Assembly: GCA_965219455.1 (NCBI GenBank)
Contig: OZ244744.1
Location: 1,792,001 to 1,856,000 of the forward strand
DNA from: Candidatus Latescibacterota bacterium
GTDB taxonomy: Bacteria; Latescibacterota; UBA2968; GCA-2709665
Reading direction: 5' to 3'
DNA: 64,000 nucleotides
A program made the translations under genes and the position numbers. This document shows positions 1-9,302 of the stretch, in pieces; the first letter of the stretch is position 1; each line of letters opens with the position of its first letter. A model generated the notes under the pieces. It did not search any database. It had not been told where the DNA came from and saw only the letters and a program-made list of their open reading frames with translations.

Positions 1-79
1 CGTCGAGTTCAATCTGGCGGATGCGTTCGCCGAGGGTCAGTGCGGACCAATCGCGGTCGTCAACGCGGACCGAGTCCAT
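1..79 (-). CDS. 5' end of a gene running off the window, possibly phytanoyl-CoA dioxygenase family
   Basis: ATG at 79 with GAGG RBS; reads MDSVRVDDRDWSALTLGERIRQIELD, resembling PhyH-family N-termini. Confidence 0.45.
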   Translation of the reverse strand, partial: MDSVRVDDRDWSALTLGERIRQIELD

Positions 80-168
80 GCCATACCTCGCTTCCCGGGT
101 TGGACATTGGGGCAATTCGCGCGGGCGCGCCCTGCCGCGATGTCATTCGGCCCCGCGGCCGGAGCGGA

Positions 169-1236
169 TCAGACGCGGTACTTTTCGATCCTGGATTCGT
201 CGACTTCCACGCCGAGGCCGGGGCCAAGGGGGACTTTCAGCCGGCCGTTTTCGAACGCCAGGGGCTCGGTCAGAATATCGTCGACGAGGCCGTGGTAGCA
301 CGTGTCGTTAGGCCCTGAGAAGTTGGGTGTTGAAGCTGCAATTTGGGTAATCGCGGCGGTCTTGAGGCCCAGATCGTGGGAGCAGTGCATCAGACACGGA
401 ACGTTCCAGGGCTCCGCCGCATCCGCGATTTTCCTGACGCGAAGCAGCGCGCCGGCGGCCGGGGTGTCCGGCATAAGGGAATCGGCGCAGCCGGCTTCCA
501 GAAAAGGCCGGATGCTGTCGGGCAGGGCCACGCCGCCGTTCACGAGGACGTGAGTGCCGACTTCGGACCGCACCCGCGCCAGCGTTTCCACGTGCTCGGT
601 ATGGCACGGGTCTTCAAAGTGTCGGACGCCCAGGTCCGCCATTTTTTTCATAATGTCCAGCGTCTCTTCCGGGGGGTATCCACCGTTCGCATCCGGACGG
701 AACACGGCTTCGTCCCCGATCTCCTTCTGCGCCGCTTCGGCAATGGCCAGGTCCTGCGCGGGGTCGTTTCCCGCCTTTGTTTTGATGAAACGGAACCCCC
801 ACCGGTCGATGTATTCTCGCGCGGTAGCGGCCGACTGTTCGGGTTCCTTCAGGCCCATGCAGGCGGTGAAGTCGACCTCGGTGCGGACAACGCCGCCCAT
901 CAGGCGGCACAGCGGCAGGCCGGCGTGCTTGCCCAGGAGGTCCCAGAGCGCCATTTCAATACCCGACATCGGACCCCTGGTGATGCCCGCGCTTTCCATC
1001 AGGCCGATCGCCATTTCGATATCCGAGACATGGTTGCCCGCAAGGATCGTGTTGGGGTCCGATTCGAAACCGCCGGTTCCCTCGCCCCATCCGACGAGGC
1101 CCGTGTCGGCTTCGATTCTGACAATAAGCCCGGTCCCACCCAGCGTGCCGCCGCCGGCGCCTCGACCGACGTAAGGTCCGACCGGCGCGGCATAGGGAAT
1201 CGTGACGGTCGTCGCCGTGATGTTCTTGATGATCAT
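169..1236 (-). CDS. Mandelate racemase/muconate lactonizing enzyme family (enolase superfamily)
   Basis: GWGE and EMALWDLLGK N-domain, KTK motif, DAN..EDP metal ligands, C-terminal GPGLGVEVD. Confidence 0.9.
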   Translation of the reverse strand: MIIKNITATTVTIPYAAPVGPYVGRGAGGGTLGGTGLIVRIEADTGLVGWGEGTGGFESDPNTILAGNHVSDIEMAIGLMESAGITRGPMSGIEMALWDLLGKHAGLPLCRLMGGVVRTEVDFTACMGLKEPEQSAATAREYIDRWGFRFIKTKAGNDPAQDLAIAEAAQKEIGDEAVFRPDANGGYPPEETLDIMKKMADLGVRHFEDPCHTEHVETLARVRSEVGTHVLVNGGVALPDSIRPFLEAGCADSLMPDTPAAGALLRVRKIADAAEPWNVPCLMHCSHDLGLKTAAITQIAASTPNFSGPNDTCYHGLVDDILTEPLAFENGRLKVPLGPGLGVEVDESRIEKYRV

Positions 1237-1308
1237 CGTGAAATCCCTCCACGGGTTGTGTGCGCCACGCAGGCGCCCGAACGCTGTGCCGCGCCGTCCT
1301 GTACGCTG

Positions 1309-1746
1309 TTATCCACTCGATTTTCCCGCTGCCGCGATATGCGCCGTGATCTTGCCGGTCATCTCCTCCGCGGAATTTTTGCGGGTCAGGGTCTCCACAA
1401 CGGTGTTATTGGCGGAATCGATGAGCAGAACCAGGCCCGTTCTGTTGTTGGCCTTGAGATGCGCCTCGATACCGAGCGCGGCTGCCAGCAGGCGGGATTG
1501 GGCGGTGCGGGCCGCGTCGGTCACGTCTAATTCAACAAAGAGGACGGGCTTATCGGCCACAGCCGTACGAACCTCGTTGAGGACGGGCGCCAGGGCTGTA
1601 CAGGCGCCACACCAGTCGGCGTGTACCTTCACGACGTAAAGGGCCGGGGCGCCCTGGCCATCCACCGCTACGGTACCCGCGAGAGCGGGACCGGCGACAA
1701 GAACCATGGAAAGGGCTGCGGCGGCGAACGTGCGTCGAATGCGCAT
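1309..1746 (-). CDS. Exported thioredoxin-like protein
   Basis: AAAGGAG RBS before ATG 1746, signal peptide, HADWCGAC (CxxC) motif. Confidence 0.8.
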   Translation of the reverse strand: MRIRRTFAAAALSMVLVAGPALAGTVAVDGQGAPALYVVKVHADWCGACTALAPVLNEVRTAVADKPVLFVELDVTDAARTAQSRLLAAALGIEAHLKANNRTGLVLLIDSANNTVVETLTRKNSAEEMTGKITAHIAAAGKSSG

Positions 1747-1871
1747 GGACCAACTCCTTTGAAACGGTGTGAGAACGGACCGGGCCGGCGGCGGCCCAAC
1801 GACTGGGCGTGCGCCGGGCCGGATCGGATGTACTACAAACAGTCGACGGCTCACCGTGACTGACGAAGTAT

Positions 1872-1897
1872 AGACGACCCTTGTGGCCCGCTGGTTC
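1872..1897 (-). promoter_or_regulatory. Putative ECF sigma promoter (GAACC-N17-GTCT) for the thioredoxin-like gene
   Basis: Minus strand reads GGAACC...CGTCTA; same motif and spacing at 32034 and 56889. Confidence 0.5.
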
Positions 1898-1967
1898 CCT
1901 TAATCGAAACGATAGGCGCCCGCCAGTCAGTCGCGCGTTCCACCTTCGCGCCGTCGCGAACGGGCGC

Positions 1968-1995
1968 TTGATATTATCGGGTCCGGTGTTATATT
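1968..1995 (+). promoter_or_regulatory. Putative sigma70 promoter for the VOC gene
   Basis: TTGATA-N16-TATATT with a TG extension. Confidence 0.4.
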
Positions 1996-2091
1996 TTCCG
2001 TAGGCAGACCTGCGGCTGCCCTTCGGTCTGACGAGCTATATCGTCACATCTGCCGCGTGAGCGGTCGTCGACTATCAGAGAGCGAGGAATC

Positions 2092-2556
2092 ATGGGCATT
2101 GTAATGGGACACCATCACGGATTTACGGTATCGGACCTGGAGCGTTCGGTCTCGTTCTACCGGGACCTGCTCGGGATGGAGCTGGTGCGGATATCGGAAC
2201 GTAAGAATCTGCCGTCGTACGATACCATTCTGGGGTACGACGAGGTGCATCTGATGATCGCGATCCTGCGGCATCCCGTGAATGAGTTTATCCTGGAACT
2301 CGTGCAGTACGTTCATCCGGAAGTCGAAGCGCGGCCCCAGGAGAACCGGTTTCTGGGCGCGTCGCACGTGGCGTTCGAGGTGGACGACGTGGATGCGATG
2401 CACGCGCGGCTGAAGGACGCGGGGCTCGGATCCATCAATCCGCCCGCGGACGTGGACCGCGACGGGGTGGTCGTTGCCCGCGCCATGTACGCGCTGGACC
2501 CTGACGGGATCAGCATCGAGATGTTCCAGGAGTACGAGGACGTAATCAGGAGATGA
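2092..2556 (+). CDS. VOC/glyoxalase family protein
   Basis: HHGFTVSDLERSVSFYRDLLG, HVAFEVDD and DPDGISIE motifs. Confidence 0.9.
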   Translation: MGIVMGHHHGFTVSDLERSVSFYRDLLGMELVRISERKNLPSYDTILGYDEVHLMIAILRHPVNEFILELVQYVHPEVEARPQENRFLGASHVAFEVDDVDAMHARLKDAGLGSINPPADVDRDGVVVARAMYALDPDGISIEMFQEYEDVIRR

Positions 2557-2649
2557 ATAAGGCAGCGGTCAGCTCTCAGCTTGAGGCAAAAACCGAAAAC
2601 CAAACCGCAAAACCGACACCGCGCGAATGCAAGCGCCGTTATTGCATAT

Positions 2650-2674
2650 GTAGGGGCAACCCTTGTGGTTGCCC
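2650..2674 (+). repeat. GTAG-type REP palindrome
   Basis: GTAGGGGCAACCCTTGTGGTTGCCC; copies at 15956, 30350 and 61061. Confidence 0.8.
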
Positions 2675-2815
2675 GAAAAATGGCGCTGACATCGTAGATG
2701 GATTTCGCGTGTCCATATCGCTAACCGGTTTTGGCTGATAACTGACAGCTAGACGCTGATAGCTGGGTCTCGGGGTCGTCTCCCGTCTTCCGTCTCACCT
2801 CTCCCCTGATGCGAG

Positions 2816-3412
2816 CTACTTGGAAAACCGGAGCAGCACCTGCGGTCCGTTCGGATTCGCCACGCGGACGGCGTGTCCCAGGTTGAGGTCCTTGATCCGG
2901 GCGATTTTGTTTTCGATGGTTTTGGGCTCGCGGTCGTAAAAACCCAGAATCAGCCGTCCATCGTCTCTCACGTTTTCGAGGGCGCGTTTAAGAAGATCGA
3001 TCCGGTCCTGGCGGTCGAACCGGTAATTATCCCACACGGCCCAGTAGATGAAATCGTACTGTTCGAGAAGGCCGTGAGAATTGATTTCGCCCAGCCGCTC
3101 GACCGGAAGACGGGCGAAATGGTCGCGCTGTGAAGGGAAGAACCGCCCGGTATCCCCGGCCCTGCCGGCGCTGGCGTCGATGCCGAACGGAGTGAGTTCG
3201 TGGTCGGTCCATTCCGTGAGGCACCGCAGCAGGAACCCGTTGGCGCAGCCGATATCCAGCAGCGTTCCGGGGCGGTGGATCGCTGAAGCGATGAAGGCCC
3301 GGGCGTGCTTCCAGGTTTCAAAGGACGGGCCGTCGACACAGCTTCCATTGAGCGCAAACCTGAGCAGGCGTGGGTCTGTCTCCAGGCTGCTCAGGTCGAT
3401 GGTGTCATTCAC
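2816..3412 (-). CDS. Class I SAM-dependent methyltransferase
   Basis: LLDIGCANG motif I; GID motif. Confidence 0.75.
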   Translation of the reverse strand: MNDTIDLSSLETDPRLLRFALNGSCVDGPSFETWKHARAFIASAIHRPGTLLDIGCANGFLLRCLTEWTDHELTPFGIDASAGRAGDTGRFFPSQRDHFARLPVERLGEINSHGLLEQYDFIYWAVWDNYRFDRQDRIDLLKRALENVRDDGRLILGFYDREPKTIENKIARIKDLNLGHAVRVANPNGPQVLLRFSK

Positions 3413-3497
3413 AGGATCGTCTTTGGCGGCAGGTGGTTTCTTTTCCGGTGCAGGGCCGGTTCCGCGGCGGGTGCTTTTTAATCCCGATGTTTCGATG

Positions 3498-4142
3498 CTA
3501 CCGCGGTTCGTAGGTTCCGGATCCCTTAAGTGGAAGCGGTACGGCCCAGATGTTCCGATAGGCTACTCGATCCTTGTGGACCTGCAGGCGCAGGGGGCCG
3601 GAGGTTTCCACCGCCATACTGGAAGCGGAACCGGTGGGGCCTGAAATCCCGACGTTGTTGTGAATGGCGATGCCGTTTTGAAGTACCGTGGCGCGGGCTT
3701 GCTCGCTGACTTCCCCGACGTCGTTCATGCGCGGCGCGCGGAAGAAGATGTCATACGTCTGCCATTCCATTGCGGGCTTGCAGGCGTTGACCAGGGGGGA
3801 CGACTGATCGTAGAGGGCGCCGCAATCGCCGGTGCCGGGAATGTTTACCCCGAATGAATCCAGAACCTGGATCTCATAGATGCCCTGGAGGAAAACCCCG
3901 CTGTTGCCCTTGGCCTGGCCCTTGGCGTCGGGCATGTCAGGGCATCGGAACTCCAGGTGGAGATAGAAATCGGTCAGGCGTTCGGTATTCACAATATCCC
4001 CGGCCCGGGGCACGACCTGGAGGATGCCGTCTTCCACGGTCCAGCCGGGTTCGCCGCCGTCCAGGGCGGTCCAGTTACTGAGGTCCTTGCCGTTGAACAG
4101 GACAAAGGCGTTGGGAGGCGCCGCGAGTTGCAATGTGTTCAT
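3498..4142 (-). CDS. DUF1080 / 3-keto-disaccharide hydrolase family protein
   Basis: LFNGKDLSNW, GNSGVFLQG.YEIQVLDS, LRLQ.H...V.YRNIW; probable start ATG 4142. Confidence 0.88.
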   Translation of the reverse strand: MNTLQLAAPPNAFVLFNGKDLSNWTALDGGEPGWTVEDGILQVVPRAGDIVNTERLTDFYLHLEFRCPDMPDAKGQAKGNSGVFLQGIYEIQVLDSFGVNIPGTGDCGALYDQSSPLVNACKPAMEWQTYDIFFRAPRMNDVGEVSEQARATVLQNGIAIHNNVGISGPTGSASSMAVETSGPLRLQVHKDRVAYRNIWAVPLPLKGSGTYEPR

Positions 4143-4376
4143 CAAGGAGTCCTTTCTCTTTAATCGGGTCCGGACGCGGAGGGCGTCGGAATGGAAATCC
4201 CGCGACCGGTATAGAATAACGCCGCCGTGCGCGATGCACAAGGCGGATTTGCCTCGCCCCGTATTCAGGATATCCCGGTAAGCCCGATGCACAATATTCA
4301 GGAATGGGCGGTCTGCGTCAAAGCGGTCAAGCCCCGTCCGGAGTCGAGCACTTAGCATACGTCCGGAGGATGAAAT

Positions 4377-5447
4377 ATGGAACACGTCGTTATCTACAGG
4401 GAAAAGGGGCGGTACGCCGGGTGGCCGGCGAATTACGGGATCTGGTCCTGGGGAGACGAGATCGTGGTGGGGTTCACGCTGGGGTATCACAGGTCGGACG
4501 GCGGATTTCACCGGCGGGACCGGGACCGGCCGTTCGAGACCATGCAGGCACGCAGTCCGGACGGTGGCCGGACCTGGACGGTTGAACCGATGCCCATCGC
4601 GTCTCCGGACGACAAAGGGGTGTCGGCTAACGAGCATATGAACCGTTCCCTGGAAATAGAAGAGGCGGTTGCGCTACCACAGGGACACCCCAAGGGGATC
4701 GATTTCAGCCATCCGGATTTCGCGCTGATGTGCGCGCGGACGGGACTCGCGGCCGGAGCACGGTCCTGGTTCTACACGTCGAAGGATCGGTGTCGGTCCT
4801 GGGATGGACCGTTCGGTCTGCCCATGTTCGGATTGCCGGGCATCGCGGCGCGGACGGATTATCTCGTGGAAGGCACGGATACCTGCACGTTATTCCTGAC
4901 GTCGGCCAAGTCCAACGGACGCGAGGGCAGGGTATTCTGCGCGCGGACTACGGACGGCGGAAAGACGTTCGCGTTCGTATCATGGATCGGAGAGGAACCC
5001 GAGGGATTCGCCATCATGCCGGCCAGCGTGCGGCTTCCAGGGGGACGCCTCCTGGTGGCCGTTCGATGCCGTGGAGGCAGCGAGAGCCGGGACGGAAACT
5101 GGATCGACCTTTACTTTTCGGACGACAACGCGGCGAACTGGCGCTATATGTACCGGCCGGCAGCGGAAACCGGGACAGGCGGCAACCCGCCCGCGATGAT
5201 GCTGCTTGCCGACGGACGCCTGTGTCTGGTATACGGGTACCGGGATGCGCCTTCGGGCCTGCGGGCGGTATTGAGCGAAGACGAGGGGGCGACGTGGGGA
5301 AACCCGGTGATCCTTCGGGACGACGGCGGGGACCACGACGTCGGTTATCCGCGGGCGGTGCAGCGGCCCGACGGCAGCGTCGTTTCGGCGTATTATTACG
5401 ACGACGAGCCCGACGGCGAGCGGTACATCGCCGCCACGATCTGGTAG
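4377..5447 (+). CDS. BNR/Asp-box sialidase-like beta-propeller protein
   Basis: Several SxDxGxTW Asp boxes; DVGYP motif. Confidence 0.85.
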   Translation: MEHVVIYREKGRYAGWPANYGIWSWGDEIVVGFTLGYHRSDGGFHRRDRDRPFETMQARSPDGGRTWTVEPMPIASPDDKGVSANEHMNRSLEIEEAVALPQGHPKGIDFSHPDFALMCARTGLAAGARSWFYTSKDRCRSWDGPFGLPMFGLPGIAARTDYLVEGTDTCTLFLTSAKSNGREGRVFCARTTDGGKTFAFVSWIGEEPEGFAIMPASVRLPGGRLLVAVRCRGGSESRDGNWIDLYFSDDNAANWRYMYRPAAETGTGGNPPAMMLLADGRLCLVYGYRDAPSGLRAVLSEDEGATWGNPVILRDDGGDHDVGYPRAVQRPDGSVVSAYYYDDEPDGERYIAATIW

Positions 5448-5594
5448 CGTAATCCTTCAGGAAACGGTTTCGGGGCCTTTCTTTCATTGAGAATTCCGTA
5501 ATGCCGTGTGGTTGTACGGGCTTGACATTGCGGATGAAGGCTTTATTTTGAATGGACATTCCAGGGAATCATTAACTCATACGGAGGAGAGCAA

Positions 5595-6188
5595 ATGGCG
5601 GATCTGCACAATTCATGGCAGCGGGATTTCGACGTTTACGACCGGTTGGAGGCGCTGGGGATCGATCTGGGGTCAAGGGAGGACGCGTGTCCGGCGCCCC
5701 AGGGAAGGCGGATTTGCATGGCCACGTTTACGCCTTCAGGGCTGGTGTTTACATCGGGCACCGGAGGCGGCGTCGGGGCGGTCACCAACGACGACGCGGA
5801 CGTGGAAGCCGGTTTCGAGGCGGGGCGGGAGGCGGGCATCTCCCACGTCGTGACGCTGCATTGGGCGCTGGAACCGTACGGTACACTCAACGACGTGTGG
5901 TATTGCGTGAAATGCATCGGGATGGTGAATTCCGCCGGCGGCGGATCATTCTCCAAGTCGCCCCAGGTCGTGGACGGGTATAGCACGGTTTTTCACGACG
6001 TGTTCGGAGGACCGGCATCGCAGTTTGCGGAAAGTGGGATGGACGCGTCGCTATCGGGATGGCACGCCCGGAGCGCGGTGGCGGGGTTCGACCTGCCGGG
6101 ACACTGCAAAATCGAACCGGAGATGATTGTGCAGATCGATCCGGAACTGGCGCTGCGGATTATTCGGGAACGCGGTCCGCACGTTTAG
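5595..6188 (+). CDS. RidA/YjgF-like family protein
   Basis: VFTSG, GMVNS and HARSAV..LP...IE motifs; GGAGGAG RBS; TTGACA-N16-TATTTT promoter at 5522-5549. Confidence 0.7.
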   Translation: MADLHNSWQRDFDVYDRLEALGIDLGSREDACPAPQGRRICMATFTPSGLVFTSGTGGGVGAVTNDDADVEAGFEAGREAGISHVVTLHWALEPYGTLNDVWYCVKCIGMVNSAGGGSFSKSPQVVDGYSTVFHDVFGGPASQFAESGMDASLSGWHARSAVAGFDLPGHCKIEPEMIVQIDPELALRIIRERGPHV

Positions 6189-6209
6189 GTACGCCGCAGA
6201 AAGAGACAC

Positions 6210-6240
6210 AAAACGGGGGCGAGTTTATCGCCCCCGTTTT
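6210..6240. terminator. Bidirectional intrinsic terminator
   Basis: Perfect 13-bp stem AAAACGGGGGCGA/TCGCCCCCGTTTT between convergent genes. Confidence 0.7.
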
Positions 6241-6292
6241 CAATTACGTTGCAATTAGCAATTGGCGGCCAGCCAAAGGTGAAAACCAAAAG

Positions 6293-6389
6293 TCCACATC
6301 TCCCCAAATTCCCTGCCTACGGCGTGTTCCTTTTGAAGCAAGAAAAAGGGCAAGGGAATAGGGGACGTTTGGGGGTGGGGAGACTCTAT
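6293..6389 (+). repeat. Internally deleted copy of the 8.5-9.2 kb repeat element
   Basis: Matches 8623-8669 joined to 9112-9166 at a shared GAAGC. Confidence 0.75.
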
Positions 6390-6405
6390 TTCCCTCCCCT
6401 CCGTT

Positions 6406-6633
6406 TCAGGACGACACCAGCTTCAGTTTTTCCGCGATCCAGAACTTGATAATGGATTGTCGCGTTACACCCAACCGCCTGGCTTCCTTGTCCAATGAAT
6501 GAACCATCCAGATCGGGAAATCGACATTTACGCGCTTCGGTTCCCGGGCAGGTCTTCTCGCCCGATCAAGGTCCAGGTACCCGGTGATATCTTCTCCGCT
6601 GTCGAACCTTTCGTCAAGTTCCTTCGCTTTCAT
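6406..6633 (-). CDS. brnA: BrnA/CopG-family antitoxin
   Basis: MKAKELDERFDSGEDI...RVNVDFP.W...LD.EARRLGVTRQSIIK ribbon-helix-helix; overlaps the toxin gene. Confidence 0.85.
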   Translation of the reverse strand: MKAKELDERFDSGEDITGYLDLDRARRPAREPKRVNVDFPIWMVHSLDKEARRLGVTRQSIIKFWIAEKLKLVSS

Positions 6634-6883
6634 AGATTTCGATCTCCTCCTTTCGGGACCGACGCACGGATATAATCCGGATTTTCTCCCCGCGATAGGT
6701 GACAATGCCAGACCAGTATGCTCCCTGATGCCTGCCGATCACCAGAAATCTGGGTTCTTCTTCGACGCGCGCCGGAATCTCAATCAAGTTGGAATCCTCC
6801 CATATCTCTTGGGCCTCGATGAAATCGATGCCGTGTTTTTCCATGTTTCTCCTGCTCTTCTTGTCGTCGAACTCAAACTCCAT
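6614..6883 (-). CDS. brnT: BrnT family toxin
   Basis: FEFD..K...N..KHGIDF..A and RIISVRR motifs. Confidence 0.9.
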   Translation of the reverse strand: MEFEFDDKKSRRNMEKHGIDFIEAQEIWEDSNLIEIPARVEEEPRFLVIGRHQGAYWSGIVTYRGEKIRIISVRRSRKEEIEIYESEGT

Positions 6884-6940
6884 TTACGGCATCCGTCCAA
6901 TTAGCCCCTCTCGAGTATTCAATTCAGCATACCCTCTGAG

Positions 6941-6981
6941 AATATATATTATAATTATATATTAACAATATAAAATTTATA
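6941..6981. promoter_or_regulatory. AT-rich palindromes, likely toxin-antitoxin promoter/operator
   Basis: AATATATA-N7-TATATATT and TATAAA-A-TTTATA just upstream of brnT. Confidence 0.45.
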
Positions 6982-7041
6982 CTATTTTAATAGCATTTCT
7001 CAATATCCCTGCCATTATGTGGGCACGTGGACCTCTCGCCC

Positions 7042-8109
7042 CTACACCCGATAACGGTCCTCATCGGCAGGTTCGACGGTGTCTTCCGACATGGACACGT
7101 TGAGCCGGTCTGCACAATCCCTTAAACTCTCCATGATGGTGTGGGGAATATCGAATCCTTCGGCGAGGCGCTTCACGCGGGTGCGGTGTTCGAAGTCGCC
7201 GGGCACGAGAACCTCGTCGAAGCCCGGAGCCGGGGGGATGGCCTTGATATTGTCCAGGAACGCGCGAATGCCGCGCTGGTAGGGCGCCAGCGGCGTAAAA
7301 GCGCTGACGCGTATCACCTGCATGAAGGCGCCGGCGAGGGTCCCCTGCTCCACTTCCGAAGCCCCCGACAGGCCGCTTAACAGGCAGGTCAACAGCAAGA
7401 GACCGGAGCCCTTGTGCGCCCCGAACGGCAGGAGATAGCCGCCGTCGTAGAAGTCCTGCGGGTCGGTGCTGGGTTTACCGTGCCGGTCCAGGATATATCC
7501 TTCCGGCAGGTCTGCATTTTCGGCCCGCGCAACCTGCAGCTTGCCTTCGGCCACGATGCTGGTGGCGATGTCCAGGATGAACGGGGCAGCGTCGCCGGTG
7601 GGTACGCCCACGGCGATGGGGTTGGTGCCCAGGGGACCGCTGGCTGCGCCGTACGGCGCAACGGCGTCCACGGTCCCCACGCCGATGGTGATGATACCGA
7701 TACAGCCGGCGCGGGCGGCGATCTCCGCGTACTCGCCGAGCCGGCCGAAGTGGCCGACGCGTCTGAAACTGATGCAGCACACCCCCGATTGCGCCCCGTT
7801 TTCTATGGCCAGGTCAATGGCCTTCCGGGCAGTGTAGATGCCCATACCGTGGTGGCCGTCGATAGTCAGTGTATTCGTGTGCTGCCGGACGACCTCCGGT
7901 TCGGCGGCTGGAACGATGGCGCCGCTCGCGATCCCGTCCAGATAGGTCGGGATGCGGAGGACACCGTGGGAGTCGTGCCCGGAAAGGTTGGAATTGACCA
8001 GGATTTCGGAAACGGTATCCGCAACGTGGCGTGGAGCGCCGGAAGCCATCAGCAGGTTGCGGGAGATGGCGTGCGTATGCGCGGGGCGGAATCGTTGTGC
8101 GGTCGACAT
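7042..8109 (-). CDS. Ldh_2 family (malate/L-lactate-type) oxidoreductase
   Basis: GHDSHG, GHFGRLG, GTNPIA, DIATS and GAHKGSGL motifs. Confidence 0.9.
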   Translation of the reverse strand: MSTAQRFRPAHTHAISRNLLMASGAPRHVADTVSEILVNSNLSGHDSHGVLRIPTYLDGIASGAIVPAAEPEVVRQHTNTLTIDGHHGMGIYTARKAIDLAIENGAQSGVCCISFRRVGHFGRLGEYAEIAARAGCIGIITIGVGTVDAVAPYGAASGPLGTNPIAVGVPTGDAAPFILDIATSIVAEGKLQVARAENADLPEGYILDRHGKPSTDPQDFYDGGYLLPFGAHKGSGLLLLTCLLSGLSGASEVEQGTLAGAFMQVIRVSAFTPLAPYQRGIRAFLDNIKAIPPAPGFDEVLVPGDFEHRTRVKRLAEGFDIPHTIMESLRDCADRLNVSMSEDTVEPADEDRYRV

Positions 8110-8524
8110 GGTCTGCGCTCCGGAAGGGCAAGGGGTTGCGATGCGGAAGGACTGGGGATATATTGGCGTCGTTCGACCGTTCGCGACGACGTATGATTGC
8201 GATTCCCGGTCACCGCCAATTTAGCAAAATGAGCGATCGGTTTCCACCAAAATGATGCCCGCGCCTGACCGGCGGTCAACGATGCCAATGCGTTCGGCAA
8301 CGAAGATGGGAGCGCCCGGAGAGGAGGCCTGCGATAGATCGCAAAATCACCATCACTCGTGAGCTCTGCGAAGCGTCGCCGGGCCCCGCGAAGTGCGTAA
8401 GCCGCGATCAGCGCTATGTCCGTTCGGGAGGATCGAGCTGTATCTCACCAGGCTCGGCGCCGATCCGCGGGATTTCTGGCGCTCGAATGCCTTCCGCTAC
8501 CTCATCGACACCACGTGAGTCCTG

Positions 8525-9170
8525 GGACCTCTCCCCCCGGCCCGCTCAGGAATAGCTATCTGCAATCAGCCTTCAGCAGTCAGCTAAAAACGTAAGGCAA
8601 AAGGCGGAAAACAACGTCAACATCCACATCTCCCCAGATTCCCTGCCTACGGCGTGTTCCTTTTGAAGCGACCAAAAGGAACCAAAAGTCGCCGCTGGGC
8701 GCGGGGCCTGCCATATGCATAGCGCGAATTTCGTTACTGGATGCACGTCGGACATTGCCCTACCAGCCTCAGCTGAACACCGATCGTCGCTGCTTAACGG
8801 AACCACGCGCTCTGCTCTGGAAGTGTTCTTGAAAGGCATCGCGTTCAGATTCTTTCTGGCTACCCGAGTGGGAGAAGCAGACAGCCAAAAGCGGTACGAC
8901 CGCAAACACGCTCGGCGGACCTTGCAGGTTTACCTCACGCCCGCCCGGTGGCACGGGGGGTTTTTCCGTGTCATTCCGTAAATCTCCGTAAGTCGGGAGT
9001 ACCGGGAGGGCTCGTAGGCCACCCAATTCCAATTTCCGCCCCTGAGGTAATTCACGGAAAAACCGGCCCCGCGCCGAGCGGCGCCCTTCTTTTTCGCCCT
9101 TTTTCTTGGGCGAAGCAAGAAAAAGGGCAAGGGAATAGGGGACGTTAAGGGTGGGGGAGATTCTATGCCG
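8525..9170 (+). repeat. Composite non-coding repeat element (~650 bp)
   Basis: 8525-8919 recurs inverted at 21824-22221; deletion derivative at 6293. Confidence 0.75.
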
Positions 9171-9302
9171 CTCCGTAAGTTATGTGCCATGGCGACGGGG
9201 TTGCGATACCGGACCCCAGGGGATATATTGGAGTCGCTCATCCGCTTTGGGCGACGGTAGAGCGAGTTTCTGCCTACCCTCATATTGATCAGGAGGTTTT
9301 AC

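Noticed and set aside
8420-8518. Short coding-like fragment (PFGRIELYLTRLGADPRDFWRSNAFRYLIDTT)
   Set aside because: No start or RBS and too short to assign; possibly a gene remnant
8573-8905. Paralogous small ORFs at 8573, 8715, 21791 and 21906
   Set aside because: Similarity appears in several frames with inconsistent starts and stops, so it reflects a DNA repeat rather than a protein family
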